Below are positions 1-46,165 of a DNA stretch of 64,000 nt, piece after piece (position 1 is the stretch's first letter; each line of letters starts with the position of its first letter). The notes below the pieces were generated by a model. It saw only the letters and a list, made by a program, of their open reading frames with translations, did no database searches and had not been told where the DNA came from. Both the position numbers and the translations under genes were made by a program. Source of the stretch: the human T2T-CHM13v2.0 reference genome, Homo sapiens; assembly GCF_009914755.1 (NCBI RefSeq), contig NC_060935.1; one strand, written 5' to 3'.

Positions 1-363
1 TAGATATTCAACAGACACGTGTTGGTAATGACAGTGGGCCAATTTCAACTGCCAGTGTGTGTTCTGAGCACAGCTGGGACAGCCCAGTGTGTTATGCTCT
101 CTGCAAGGACTGCTTGCTTATGGTGGCCCGTGTGTGCCACCGTGCAGACTGCTGACCATCCAGGGCCCTCTTACTGGAAAGCAGTACCATCAGCAATGAA
201 AATTACACCCAAGTTACATCTTTGCTACTTGGTTAGCAAGAAACACTGGGCTCAGAAAGCAGGGACCAAATCTAGGTTTGGTTCGTTGATTTTAAAAGTA
301 CATGTAACAGACACCTATGTCAAACCTGTGACACAGTGAGTGTACCTGGACAGCAACTCCCTC

Positions 364-369
364 TTTATT
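364..369 (-). terminator. Candidate proximal poly(A) signal AATAAA downstream of NAP1L4 exon 15
   Basis: Plus tttatt at 364-369, followed on minus by GU-rich sequence (gttgctgt...ctgtgtc). Confidence 0.5.
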
Positions 370-445
370 CAAAGTCAAAACAATGCATTGTATAAAGTAT
401 AGATCAGAAGTTTGGAAGTTAGGTATGAATGGAATTCCACCTTAC

Positions 446-477
446 CTAGAAACGTATGAATGATTAACAGACAAAAA

Positions 478-483
<6 letters not shown>
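446..483 (-). CDS. NAP1L4: NAP1L4 exon 15, 38 nt: GTG TAA (Val-stop) plus 32 nt of 3'UTR
   Basis: Strong acceptor ttttttttccccatttag|GTGTAA and strong donor TAG|gtaagg (plus cttac 441-445). Gives the recalled ...NPKV C-terminus. Confidence 0.9.
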
Positions 484-30460
<29,977 letters not shown>

Positions 30461-30699
30461 CTGAATGTTTTTATCCCCTATAAATTAAAAAGAGTTGTAA
30501 TAATTATATTCATAAGCAAAAATGTTTGTTCAATATACTTTTTAAACAACGGTTATCTGTGGGATGGAGTCCACTAGAAGGGACAGGAGGGAACTTTCTA
30601 GAGTGATGAAAATGTTCTAGATCTTGACTGAGGTTACCTGAGTATATACACTTGTTAAAGCTTATTAAACTATACACTTCAGATCTGTGCATTTCATCA

Positions 30700-31035
<336 letters not shown>

Positions 31036-31441
31036 AAATTATCTTATTGGCACTAAAATAACCAGACTTCAGAATAACATTAATTCTAATTTGCCTTATT
31101 TTTTATAATACATTCGGCAACACAAACATACATTAATGATAGCCCAACCATTTTAGAGTAAGTCAAAGCATTTACTGGTGTTTACACTTTCAAATTAACT
31201 TATGGGATTATTTTCTAATTGCATTTGTTTATTCCGTATCTTCCATTACTTCTACACTGAGGATGTATTGCTTGTGTAAAAACCTTGTGTAATATACTCA
31301 GTATTATTCCACTTTTAAAGATGATTATTTCTATATTGGTAGAATTAGATGACATTGTAACTGAATATTAAGGGTGTGTTCTAGGGCATTTACTTCTTAA
31401 ATAGAAGAACTTGATATTAATAAAACTAAAAAAAAGTTATC

Positions 31442-31726
<285 letters not shown>

Positions 31727-32244
31727 TATACAATTTCAAAATCTAATCTAAATGCATTTAAAGTAACAGCTAAATGCACAGCTTAAAAAGGTCCTTAAAT
31801 GTAAAATAATACAGGTGTGGTTACGAAGTTCCTTAAACTCAGATGTGGGAAATACACCTGAGGGCCTCGCTAAACGGTTGTTCCAGCTGAAAACTGGCCA
31901 ATGTTCATTCTTCAGTACCTGAGCAAAGCCCAAACCACTGAATCACATAGCTTTAGGGTAAAACCAACAACAAAAAAACCCCTCTATATTTAACAAAAAC
32001 AGTTCTAATTATGATCTATGACTGTCCTGTATTTAACTCAACTACTTTTTTAAAATTTTTATTGTTTAGAAATAAAACGTGCTATTTTTAAGATTCAAAA
32101 TACAACAAATATTACACATTGTCTTTTTCAAAAAAAATAAATTATGTTTTAATGAAGAAGATGAAAACCAAAAAGAAAAAAAAAATGCAGCAGGCACAGT
32201 GGTTCATGCCTATAATCCCAGCACTTTGGGAGGCCAAAGTGGGC

Positions 32245-33186
<942 letters not shown>

Positions 33187-33990
33187 CTCCACCATGTTTG
33201 CTGCAATCACAGTATTCCTGAGGTTAGTTCCCTTCTCACATATTCTAAATGCAAGGTGTGAGACAGTCAGACTTCATAACAATTGTTTAAGGACAACATT
33301 CTAAGAGCTAAAACACCACTTACCAGCTGTTAAAGAATGAGGTGTTTTTTTCTGTTATATACCTTTGATAATGTCTCTATGAACATCTTGGCTTATATGG
33401 CTTCCCACTCCCAGTTATCCTTAATTGATATGGCAATAGCAGGACCGCTACAGTAGCATTTCTGGGTCAAAGAGCATGAATGGATTCTGATACATACTGC
33501 CAAAATAGTTACACAATAACATCAACTGTAATTTGGCTACTTAATTGAAGCTCTCTATTGCCTAAGAAATGTATCTCATAGCACCTTCCTTACCCCACAC
33601 ATACACACTAATTGCTGAAAGAAGCCTACTAACCTGGAAACATCTAACACTGTCAGTTTAATGGACAGATTCTTGTTGTCATCACCCTATCAGTAACACC
33701 TCGTAAAGACACATACTTCATTTCCAGCACCTCCTATACTAGCAAGGGACCTACATGTCAGGCACTTCATACATTTAATACCAAGAGAAACTCCACTAGG
33801 GAGGGACTATCCTCAGTTTACACGAAAAGAAGCTGAGGCTTGGAAAGGTGAGGTGCCAAATTGAAAGTCACACGGCTAGTAAAACATGCATTCGTGTTTC
33901 AAATCTGACTCCTTCTAACCTTTCCCTAGTACCAACACCACTTCACTTCTGGCTGTTTCTACTTGCTCATTAAAGATTCTGTTGCTGCTA

Positions 33991-34445
<455 letters not shown>

Positions 34446-35004
34446 CTAACAGTTCCTGGCATAATAAATATCTGTTGAAAGCATAAACCACCTGTGTTAG
34501 GACATGAGCCAAAGAGGTTCACCTTCCCATGGAATGGTACCTGTTGCAACTTAACAGAGTCCATTGATAAAATGATTCACTCAATTTTCATTTAAGTGAA
34601 GGCTGTGCTTTTTTAAAGAGACACACAGTCTCACTCTGTTACCCAGGCTAGAGTGCAGTGGCAGGATCATAGCTCACTGCAGTCTCAAACTCCTAGCCTC
34701 AAGTGATCCTCCCACCTTAGCCTCTCAAAGTGCTGGGATTATAGGACAGAGGCACCATGCCCAGCCCGGCATGTGCTGTTTAATACAATTTTTGTTAACA
34801 AGATGACAAGGCAGTTAAGTTAAACCCAACACGGTATTCTGGAAAAAAAAAAAAGTGCTAAATCAAGGATAGAAAAAAAATAATGAATTTACACAATAAA
34901 AAAGAAAATAATTTTGACTAAAGAACCAACCAACCCAGAACTCAATGCCTAGAACAAGACAGACACACACTGAACAGCCTGGTTTCAAATCCTACCCCTA
35001 TCAC

Positions 35005-35941
<937 letters not shown>

Positions 35942-36150
35942 TTCTGCATAACCTTCCTCTGGACCTCAGTTTCATCATCCACAAACTAGAAGACAGTGGC
36001 TACCTGAGAAACTGTTAATGGAGACAAATTTCCTAGTACATAACAGGCCAGGTCTCTTTTCACTTTTGTAACTGCCATGCATATAGACTACATCTATTCC
36101 TTGATATGAAACCAACAAATCAAGTTACTTTAAACACTGCACCCTTTATA

Positions 36151-36483
36151 CAGGTTGAGTATCTCTTATCTGAAATGCTTGGGACCAGAAGTGTTTCAGA
36201 TTTTAGAATATTTGTATAAACATGATCAGGTATCTTGGGGATGGGACCCAAATCTAAACATGAAATTCATTCACGTTTCCCACACATCTTATTCACATAG
36301 ACTGAAGGTAATTTTATACAATATTTTAAATAATTTTGTGCATGAAACAAAGTTTTAACTGTGATCCATCACGTGAAGTCAGGTGTGAAATTTTCCACTT
36401 GTAACATTAATGTCAACACTAACGGAGTTTCAGAATTTGGAGCATTTGGATTTTTGATTTTGGGATCAGGAGTGCTCAACCTG
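36151..36483. mobile_element. Tigger4a-like MITE
   Basis: Terminal inverted repeats caggttgag...ctcaacctg; ta precedes the left end. Confidence 0.75.
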
Positions 36484-36739
36484 AATAAGGAAAGACAATG
36501 TAGAGAGGTGGTATTATAAACAAGCTAGAGTTCAGTCAAGTTTCAGCACCACAAATTATTTTTGTTTATCAATCCCTATCACCCTTAAAACAGAAAGTTA
36601 TAAGGAACTATCAAATATACAGGTTTGAGGAAAATAAATATCTGTTTGTTTTAAATGTTATGTTCAGTTTAATACTAGTCTTATAAAACCACAGCCCGAA
36701 GACTCATCCAGAAGGTTCTCTCACTTTTAAAAGGCAATC

Positions 36740-36960
36740 AAGGGATCTATACAACCTGGTGACTATAGTTAACAACAATGTATCACATAATTGAAAAATT
36801 GCTGAGAGTAGATGTTAAGTGTTCTTGTCAGAATCAGTATACCACCTAATGTGAATTAACTTGACTTAGCCATTCCACAATGTATAGTACTTCAAAACAT
36901 CGCATTATACATCATAAATATAATTTTGTGTTAATAAATAATAACTAAAAATAAATAAAA
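36740..36960 (+). mobile_element. L1MA 3' end fragment
   Basis: ggtgactatagttaacaacaatgtat...ttgctgagagtagat...ccattccacaatgtata. Confidence 0.7.
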
Positions 36961-37334
36961 GACAATCAAGTTAAATTATGAAAGGGATACCAGGCAAAAG
37001 AATGTTGTAAGTTTTCTAAAGTTCAGGTTCCCTCCCAAGGTCAAAAACTTTAACTGTGTCTACAATTCTAAATCTGAACTGGCAAGCAAATTTTCACCCA
37101 GTTAATTGGGTCGAGGAAAAATAAAATAAAATAATTCCCATGATTACACAAATGTTCTTTTATTTATATTAGTCACTGTAACAATCCTATTTATGGATTA
37201 ATTTCTTTGTACCCCAAACAACTGTTTTCTTATGAAATTTTTAAAGATTTTTGTAACAAAATATAACCTTAAATTCCTAATTTTGAACTGAAAACATCTA
37301 CTCCATAGCTAGAGTAACTATAAAATTGGGCCAT

Positions 37335-37645
37335 GGCCAGGCACGGTGGCTCACGCCTGTAATCCCAGCACTTTGGGAGACCAAGGCGGGCGGATCACAT
37401 GAGGTCGGGAGTTCGAGGTCAGCCTGGCCAACGTGGTGAAATTCCATCTCCATTAAAAATACAAAAATCAGCTGGGCATGGTGGCACACGCCTGGGGTCC
37501 CAGCTACTCAGGAGGCTGAGGCAGGAGAACTGCTTGAACCTGGGGGGCGGAGGTTGTAGTGAGCCAAGATTGCCCCACTAGACTCCAGTCTGGGCGACAG
37601 AGCCAGACCCTGTCTCAAAAAAAAAAAAAAGAAAGGAAAAAAAAA
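37335..37645 (+). mobile_element. AluS with TSD aaattgggccatg
   Basis: TSD at ~37323 and ~37643. Confidence 0.9.
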
Positions 37646-37862
37646 TTGGGCCATGTTTGAGAGACAAAGCTAGAGAGTGTAGTCGTACTCCCCAAAACTT
37701 TTATATATTTACTCTGTCTTAATAAACTCAAAGGTCCTCAATGTCTTTATGGGAGATAACTGAAGGATTAAAATTAATTCAAATGTAATTAATGTTTTCA
37801 CAAGACTCCTTATAATTTCCTTACAAATCCTATATATCCTACAAAATTAGGGATGGTAGTAA

Positions 37863-38163
<301 letters not shown>

Positions 38164-38534
38164 ACTCTAAGATAAATTTCTAAAGCACAATTGCTTGGCC
38201 CACATTCAGTCTGAGGAATGGCAATCCAACATTCTCAATCCAAGAGAGTCTGACCAGCCATTGGGCACAAGTTCAAATCCTCCAGGAGTACTGGATGTTT
38301 TAGATTAGGACATCAGAAAGGACAAAGAAATGATCTGTTCTCAGAAGGAATCAAGATACCCCTGTAGGACACCCCAACATCCCCACCCACAAAAGCTGGT
38401 GATTATACGAAGCCCTAAGACAGTCCAGATTTCATTTCTATTGCCCAGGCCAGTAGACTCCTGATCCAGTCTATCATTACCACTCTCCAGGATCAGAAGT
38501 TAATCATGTTGTTAAACTTTCCATGATAATGTTC

Positions 38535-38688
38535 TGGGTTTTTTGTTGTTGTTGTTGTTTTTTGAGGTGGAGTCTCGCTCTGTCACCCAAGGCGGGAGAG
38601 GGTCTCAAACTCCTGACCCTCAGGTGATCTGCCCACCTCAGCTTCCCCCAAAGTGCTGTGATTACAGGCGTGAGCCACCATGCCAGGC
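38535..38688 (-). mobile_element. Internally deleted AluS with TSD ccatgataatgtt
   Basis: The Alu 3' end is joined through a short non-Alu filler to the left arm; TSD at 38521 and 38689. Confidence 0.85.
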
Positions 38689-38716
38689 CCATGATAATGT
38701 TTAAAAGCAATGAATA

Positions 38717-39079
<363 letters not shown>

Positions 39080-42000
39080 CTACTTGCTCAATACAGAAGT
39101 CCCAAGGCCCAGCAACAGACTCGGGATGAGACTGGTTGCCAAGAAATCTTTGCTTAACTCACTGCTACCAAATGACAACTTGTCTCTGTGTTACCAGTAC
39201 CCAGCACGCATGGTGCCCGGGACTGCATGCACACATCTCAAGCAGTTTCTGAAGACACAGAGGAGAAACACTGCCTTAGTCATTCATGTTTGGTTACAAG
39301 ATCTACTGAAATACCTGCCTCCAAACAGCAGCAGACTGTCTCTTCAGAGACTTCTGCGGTGCCAAGCCCTGGGGTTTCAAGAAGAAAGCAAAAAATGATT
39401 TCCTTTCCTTAACCAAAACACTACATTTTACTTGGGGCGCAGCAGTCTTTACTGCTGCACTCCCATCTCCTCCACCCTTCTTTTCTGGGCAGTTCATTAG
39501 CATACGACTCAATGAGGCTAACTTCTTAATCCAGTACATATTAAAAGATCTTGTCATCTTGTCAATAAGGCACTTCCCTCTCTACCTATTTCATATTGCA
39601 ACCACCAAAGTCCCTACTCCTCTGCACTGTTTTTCAAAAGCACCTGCCACCGTTGAACTTGTTCGTCTGTCTCCCATAGCAGAAACAAGGACAAAGACTT
39701 CTGTTTTATTCTGCGGGAGGCCCCAGTACCTAGAACTGTGCCCAGTACATAGAAGATGCTCATGAATAAGTAAACAGATGCAAATCACTGAAAGCTACTT
39801 TTCGGTAACTGAGTAAACAAGTACTATTTTAATTATTATACTTAAAACCTTTGCACATAAAAGTGCACAGTCATTCTTTCTACCACAAATTAAACAGAAA
39901 TTATCTCATCTTGTTTTTGAACAGGCTTTTCCGGATAATGCACAGCGCATTTTTAAAAGTCCCAAGGACATGAAATGAACATACATTTCGTTTTTAACAG
40001 TTAACAGGGGATACTTGTAAGAAACTTAAGGTTACACAGGAAGTGGTCAAAATCAAAAAGTAAAGATCACAAAGTGATCTTTCGTTGTTTTCATACTATA
40101 AAAACACAATGCCTCTGTTACTAAATGCAAAATGTAAAGCTCTGGCAAACAAAGTAAAGCAACCCTGTTCTCTCTTAAGAGGGCAGGGTGGAAAACCAAT
40201 GACTGCCAGATGAAAACTAATTTATATCACCACAAACTATTTCTTAAAAATTTCATTAGCAGCCAAATACAAAATTATTTACTATCTACCTACTGATAAG
40301 GGTTTTCCATTACTATATGCTCAAAGACAAACCTTACAACTATAGTTTCGGGAGGCATAAATTTGCTTACCTCAGGAGGTCCCACAAAAATTCAGCTGAG
40401 GTCAGGTAACAGCAGTTTCCTGCAGAGATCAGCTACTTCCTATCACCATAGTGGTCGAAGAATCAAACGAAGTAATATCAGATTTCTACTCTGGAAGCCT
40501 AAAACACTTTTCCCTTTAAGCAAAAAAGCAAGCATTCCTTAGCTAGCAATCTCAGGCCAAACTCCCAACAAGCTCATCTCTGCTGTCTTATTCAAATATA
40601 AACCATCATGGTTTCAAGCAGTAACAGCACTCGCCTATTTCACACAGCTGACGCCTCTTAGGCCGTCAGGAATTTAAATCACCTTCTTGCCCACAAAGTA
40701 TTTTTCTTCCAAAACAAACTGAAAAATATAGGCTCTTTGGCAACATTTTTGGAAGTACAACATAAACTTATCACAATAATTTTTAAACTGCAGACAACTA
40801 AAGGGAAGGAAGAAAAGCACTACTATATATACATACATATTTGAGGTCACCTCCTCCTGATGCTAGAGACTATCAACTGCTCAAAAGAAGGAAAACAAAA
40901 TAAAGATTTCAGTCCCCACACTTAGCTGCGAATAGCTAACAAAGGGAATTAACATGCGGTCAATAACAAGAGGCTACTAAAAACTCTGACAGGTTAGGAA
41001 GTTTTCATTTCAGTTTCAAATTCAAATTCATACTGTAAAGTGGTGATGAACACATCCCATCCGCAGGTACTTAACCTCCATACAAATAAGAACTACCTCT
41101 CATATGGGCAAAAAGATCAAAATTCTACAGAAGAATCTGATGGCTAAATGGCTAATTTGCAAAACACAATGCCCTGTACATTTTGAGGACATCCTAAAAC
41201 ATGTGTAAACTTTTCAGAATTCAGTTTACCAAAGTTATCAAACTTAAAAATGATTAAAATTTATTTGCTACTGCAAAGAATTCAACCAATTTCTCCAATG
41301 ACTACTCCATATTCATTTTGAAAAACAGTACCGGATTTAAAGCTTACACAACAAAATTCACAAAAGTGTTATATGTGCCTATATGACATATAGGCACAAA
41401 TAACTGCAGACATTCTGAAGCTAACACTGCTCAACCAGGAAAAAAAAAAGACTGCAATTGGATATGTAATAACAGCTATTTAAGACGGCAGTAACGTGTT
41501 AAAATGGTTCATAAAAATCACATCATAAGGCCCTGAAATTCTAGTAAAAATATCTCTAAGTAAACTTGTGAACTACTACTAAATAACTAATTTTCTCTCT
41601 CTCTGTAGTCACTCATTTTATCTTTGGATTACTTTCCCATTCTATCACCACGTTGCTTTCTCTGAACTTCATTTTACATTTGCATATTATTTATTCCATT
41701 AGCAATTGCTCATCCCAGTCTGAATCTCAAAATTCTACTATAGGAGGCATTTGGCATTCTGTGGAATAAGAGAATTTTGAGATGGAAATGATCAACCAGC
41801 TCAAAACCTCGTAAGCTAGAGTTCAGTTAAGCTTAGCACAATGATGAAAACAATTTCTCATTAAAACTTCTTTCATTCCCTCTACAGAAGCAGTAACCCT
41901 GGGTACAGTTAAAACTGCCTGGGTCTTTAAGCTTTGTCACCTCGGACAAGTCATTATACCTAACCTCCCAGGGCCTCAGCTTCCAGAGTAGTTAAATGGA

Positions 42001-43039
42001 AAAACAATAGCATCTATCTCAGGTTATTAGATTATGAAATGAGTTAACACACGCAAACAGGCTGAAAGAGTCCCTGGTGCGCAGTGCAGGTATTAGTCAT
42101 TTAGAGGTATAGTTACTATTACAGGAAGGTAGTAACTTAGAAAGACTTACCTTTAAGGTCCAACAACCTAATCTACATATTTGTATATTTCTAAGGTAAG
42201 AGAATTTTTAAAAGTCTATTTTCACCCCGTAAACCTAATGCAGGAGGATAAGGCACGGGTTACTACAGGAAAAAGTAATGCAGACTGGGGGATGCGAACC
42301 AAAGCACAGACGAATGTGCCCCGACGATTCCTCCGAGAACATAATGAAATGGCGGACCTTCCTGCCAGAGGAGCGCACAGTCACCCAGGCAGGTGATGTG
42401 ACACACACGTTAGGGTCTAAAGGTCCCAAGGCTGGAGTCCCCTTTACTGGACCCTAAACATGTCTGCCTCCTGCCCCGCAATCAGACTTAGAGAACTGTG
42501 GACGGTGGAAAGTCTTATCATGACCAGGCCATCCTTCGCTGGGGTGAACGGAAAGCATTCAGAAGGGGAAAATTGAAAACAACAAAGACTCTGGTCAGGT
42601 CAAAAAATACAAATGTGACCTCTTCCACCATCTCTGAACTGAAAGAAAAGCATGGCACTTTCCCATCCATAACATGTACAATTTTTTTTTTTGGAGATTT
42701 TGCTTTTCCCTTGTGAAAGACGGTTTTAAATAGTAAACAGACTTGCTGCCCACCTTGGCTGGGAAACCAAGTCCCGTGAGTAACTAGTCTAAGGCCACTC
42801 AGGCCAGTCCTCGGGGAGCGCACGCCGCCCAGCTCGCTCCCACCGCACAGCTCCCAACAGCTAAGAAGCAACGCCAAGGACTTTCTTCCCCGTCAGACAT
42901 GCCCTCGGCCACACCAAACTGACATCAAAACCCCAGTTAGCCCAGCCTGACCCCACAGAGGCTCACGATGACAACCGCCCTACGGAAAAACTCAAATTCC
43001 TAAACATCTAATAAAGAAGTCCTGGACGTCTCCACCTTA

Positions 43040-44350
43040 AAAACGGGAAGCCTGAACGCTCCGGCGCGCCCGGCCGTGTAACCGCCACAGCCCCCGCACG
43101 CGGGGCGGGCTGGGCTAGCGGGAGATTTGAGCGGCCGCCGCCTCTCGCCGTCTTCGCCTCCTCCAAGGGGCCGCCGCCCAGGAGGCCGCCCGCGGCGCAG
43201 AACAAAGCGCCTTGACCTTCAGTGAGGCGGGCAGCCGGGCGAGGCGCGCCGGGAGTTGGGAGGGGCCTCCCGCCAGCGCCCCAGGCCCGGGCTCCAGGGC
43301 CCAAGCCCCAGGCCCCGCCGCGGCCGCCGCTGCCTGCCCCGACCAGAACGCGGCCCCGCCCCTGCCCCACCGCCCCGAGGCTTCCAGAGATGGCCGCCGC
43401 CGCGCCCGCGCCGGACCCGCGGCCCCACCCGCCCGTCCGGGCCCGGCCGCCCTCCCCAGCGCGCCGTTACCGGCCCAGCACCCGTGTCTCCGCACCTCAC
43501 GCCTCCTGCGGCAGTGGCGGCGACCCTAGCTTCGCTCGCTTTGGGGCTGCGCCGCCGTGGCCTCCAACAACGCCGGCTCCCATTGGCCGAGGCTCCTAGC
43601 TCCTCTCTCCGCGAGCAAGACAGGCTGCGATTCGCCGAGCGCGGCGCAAGTCAACTGCGCTTCGCGCCGCAGTCAGCAACCAATCACAAGCCTCCGAAGA
43701 AACGCCGCGCCATATGCAAATATTCCTCCGCGCGGCGCGCGCCCTGCGTTCCTCCGCCTCTTTAAATGGGGCGGGGCAAGGTGGAGACCGCGTGTGTGGT
43801 TCCGGGGGGTCCCGGGTCCCCGCTCCCGGGACCTTCCCCGGGTGGCACCACATCCTCGCGGGACACTGGGCACCACCCCTCTCCGTGGGCCCCGGCCCCA
43901 GCCGTCTTTATCTCCTGCGCCCTCCCAGTTCCCTAGTTCAATCCCGTCCGCGGCGGGTCGGTGCCTCCAGCACTCCGTGCGCCCGCTGATGTGAGAACCC
44001 CACCTCCTATGTCGTCCCCTCGCGCTACTCCTTGAGAACATCGCGGAGGGCCCCTCCGCCTGGGAGCCGTTTTCAACCAGCCCCGTTAGTGGTTGGGACG
44101 TAAGCCTAACCCCCGCTCATCCCCCAGGTCCCAGGTTGGAGAACACTTCCTCTGCGAAGAGGTCGGGGCTGGGTCACCTCCGCGGACAGGACGGGACTAG
44201 CCACTGCCTGCATCTCTTCCCCCACGCCCTGAGCCCCGCAGTGTCCCAGCAGCCTAGTTCTGGCCTGCGGGAGACCCTGTCGGACAAGGAGGAAAAGCAG
44301 TGCGCACTGGGCCCTCAGATCAGCCCCCTGAAGCAGAGCAGGGCAGAGGG
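43040..44350. promoter_or_regulatory. CpG island / NAP1L4 promoter
   Basis: Very GC- and CpG-rich. CCAAT boxes (attgg ~43582; ccaat ~43680), octamer ATGCAAAT 43714-43721, GC box GGGGCGGGGC 43768-43777, YY1-like GATGGCCGCC ~43389. Confidence 0.9.
43501..43610 (-). other. NAP1L4: NAP1L4 non-coding exon 1 (5' end approximate)
   Basis: GTGAG donor on minus strand (plus ctcac 43496-43500) inside the CpG island. The TSS is inferred only from nearby promoter motifs. Confidence 0.65.
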
Positions 44351-44719
44351 CTGGGGAGGAGCTGGCCTGTTTCGCCCGCCCTGTTCTCCCTCTCATGGTG
44401 CCCTCTGGGCTGGGGTGAAGGTACCAGCCCCAGCCTGTGCACATCACATTTTGTAGAAAGGCATCCAATTTGATTGGAAAATAACCCCTACGCTGGGACT
44501 TTTGAGGCTGGTTCATTTCCATGTTCAACCGTGCCATTGGGGGTCTTCAAGTCTAATGTGCATTTTTTTCAGAAACGTTCTCTTTTGGGATGACGTTACT
44601 TTTGAAACAATTGCTAATTATTATTATTATTAGCAAGTTATTCCTGTAATGGGGAAAATTTGAAACCATTTAAAGGCTCCTGGTTGAGGGATTAAGAACA
44701 TAGCGTCGGTTATAAACAA

Positions 44720-45402
<683 letters not shown>

Positions 45403-45919
45403 CTAATTAAAACAAAAAACATAAAAACCCCTCAGAGGTGACCGGTGCATGGCTGAGGCCTGACCCACACAGCGTGCTCAGTCCTGTCTGGCCATCTGTG
45501 TTTTAGGAGAGGGTGTGTGTGCTCTCAATTCCTATTTTACTTATTTAGACTTTCAGACTTTTCTACAAAGGTCATGCTTTATGCTTTGCGGAAGCATAAA
45601 CAATGATAGAAATGACACAAGAACCTGGGCATTTGAAGTTTGGAGGGTCCTTCCTCCCATCTAATAAAGTCTCAAGACCATTTGCAGTAATGGGATCCCC
45701 CTGCTCCTGGATGTTGGGGTTGGTGGGGGTGGCATCCGGGTGGGTGGATCCTCTGAGGGAGCTGGGCCTTGGGGCTGGGGGCAGCTGGACCTGCTCCCTG
45801 GGAGATCTGCTGGAACTGGAATGATTGTGGTGGTGGTGTTTTTCTCTTGGTGGTTGGTGGTTTCTCTCCTTGGAAGATTCTCATTTGGAAATAGAGTCTT
45901 CACAGATGCAATTAGGTAA

Positions 45920-46165
45920 TGAGGTCGAGTGGGCAGATTGCTTGAGCCCAAGAGTTCGAGACCAGCCTGGGCAACATGATGAGATCCCATCTCTACCAAA
46001 TATCTAAAAATTAGCTAGGCATGGTGGTGCATCTATAGTCCCAGCTGCTTGAGAGGCTGAGGTGGGAGGATCACTTGTGCCTGGGATTTAGAGGCTGCAG
46101 TGAGCTGTGATCATGCCACTGCACTCCAGCCTGGGTGACAGAGCAAGACCAAGACCCTGTGTCAA
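45920..46165 (+). mobile_element. AluJ, 5'-truncated
   Basis: Alu consensus similarity. Confidence 0.8.

Noticed and set aside
43008-44537. Cluster of overlapping Pro/Arg/Ala/Gly-rich ORFs on both strands
   Set aside because: Expected stop-codon depletion in a CpG island; no coding signature.
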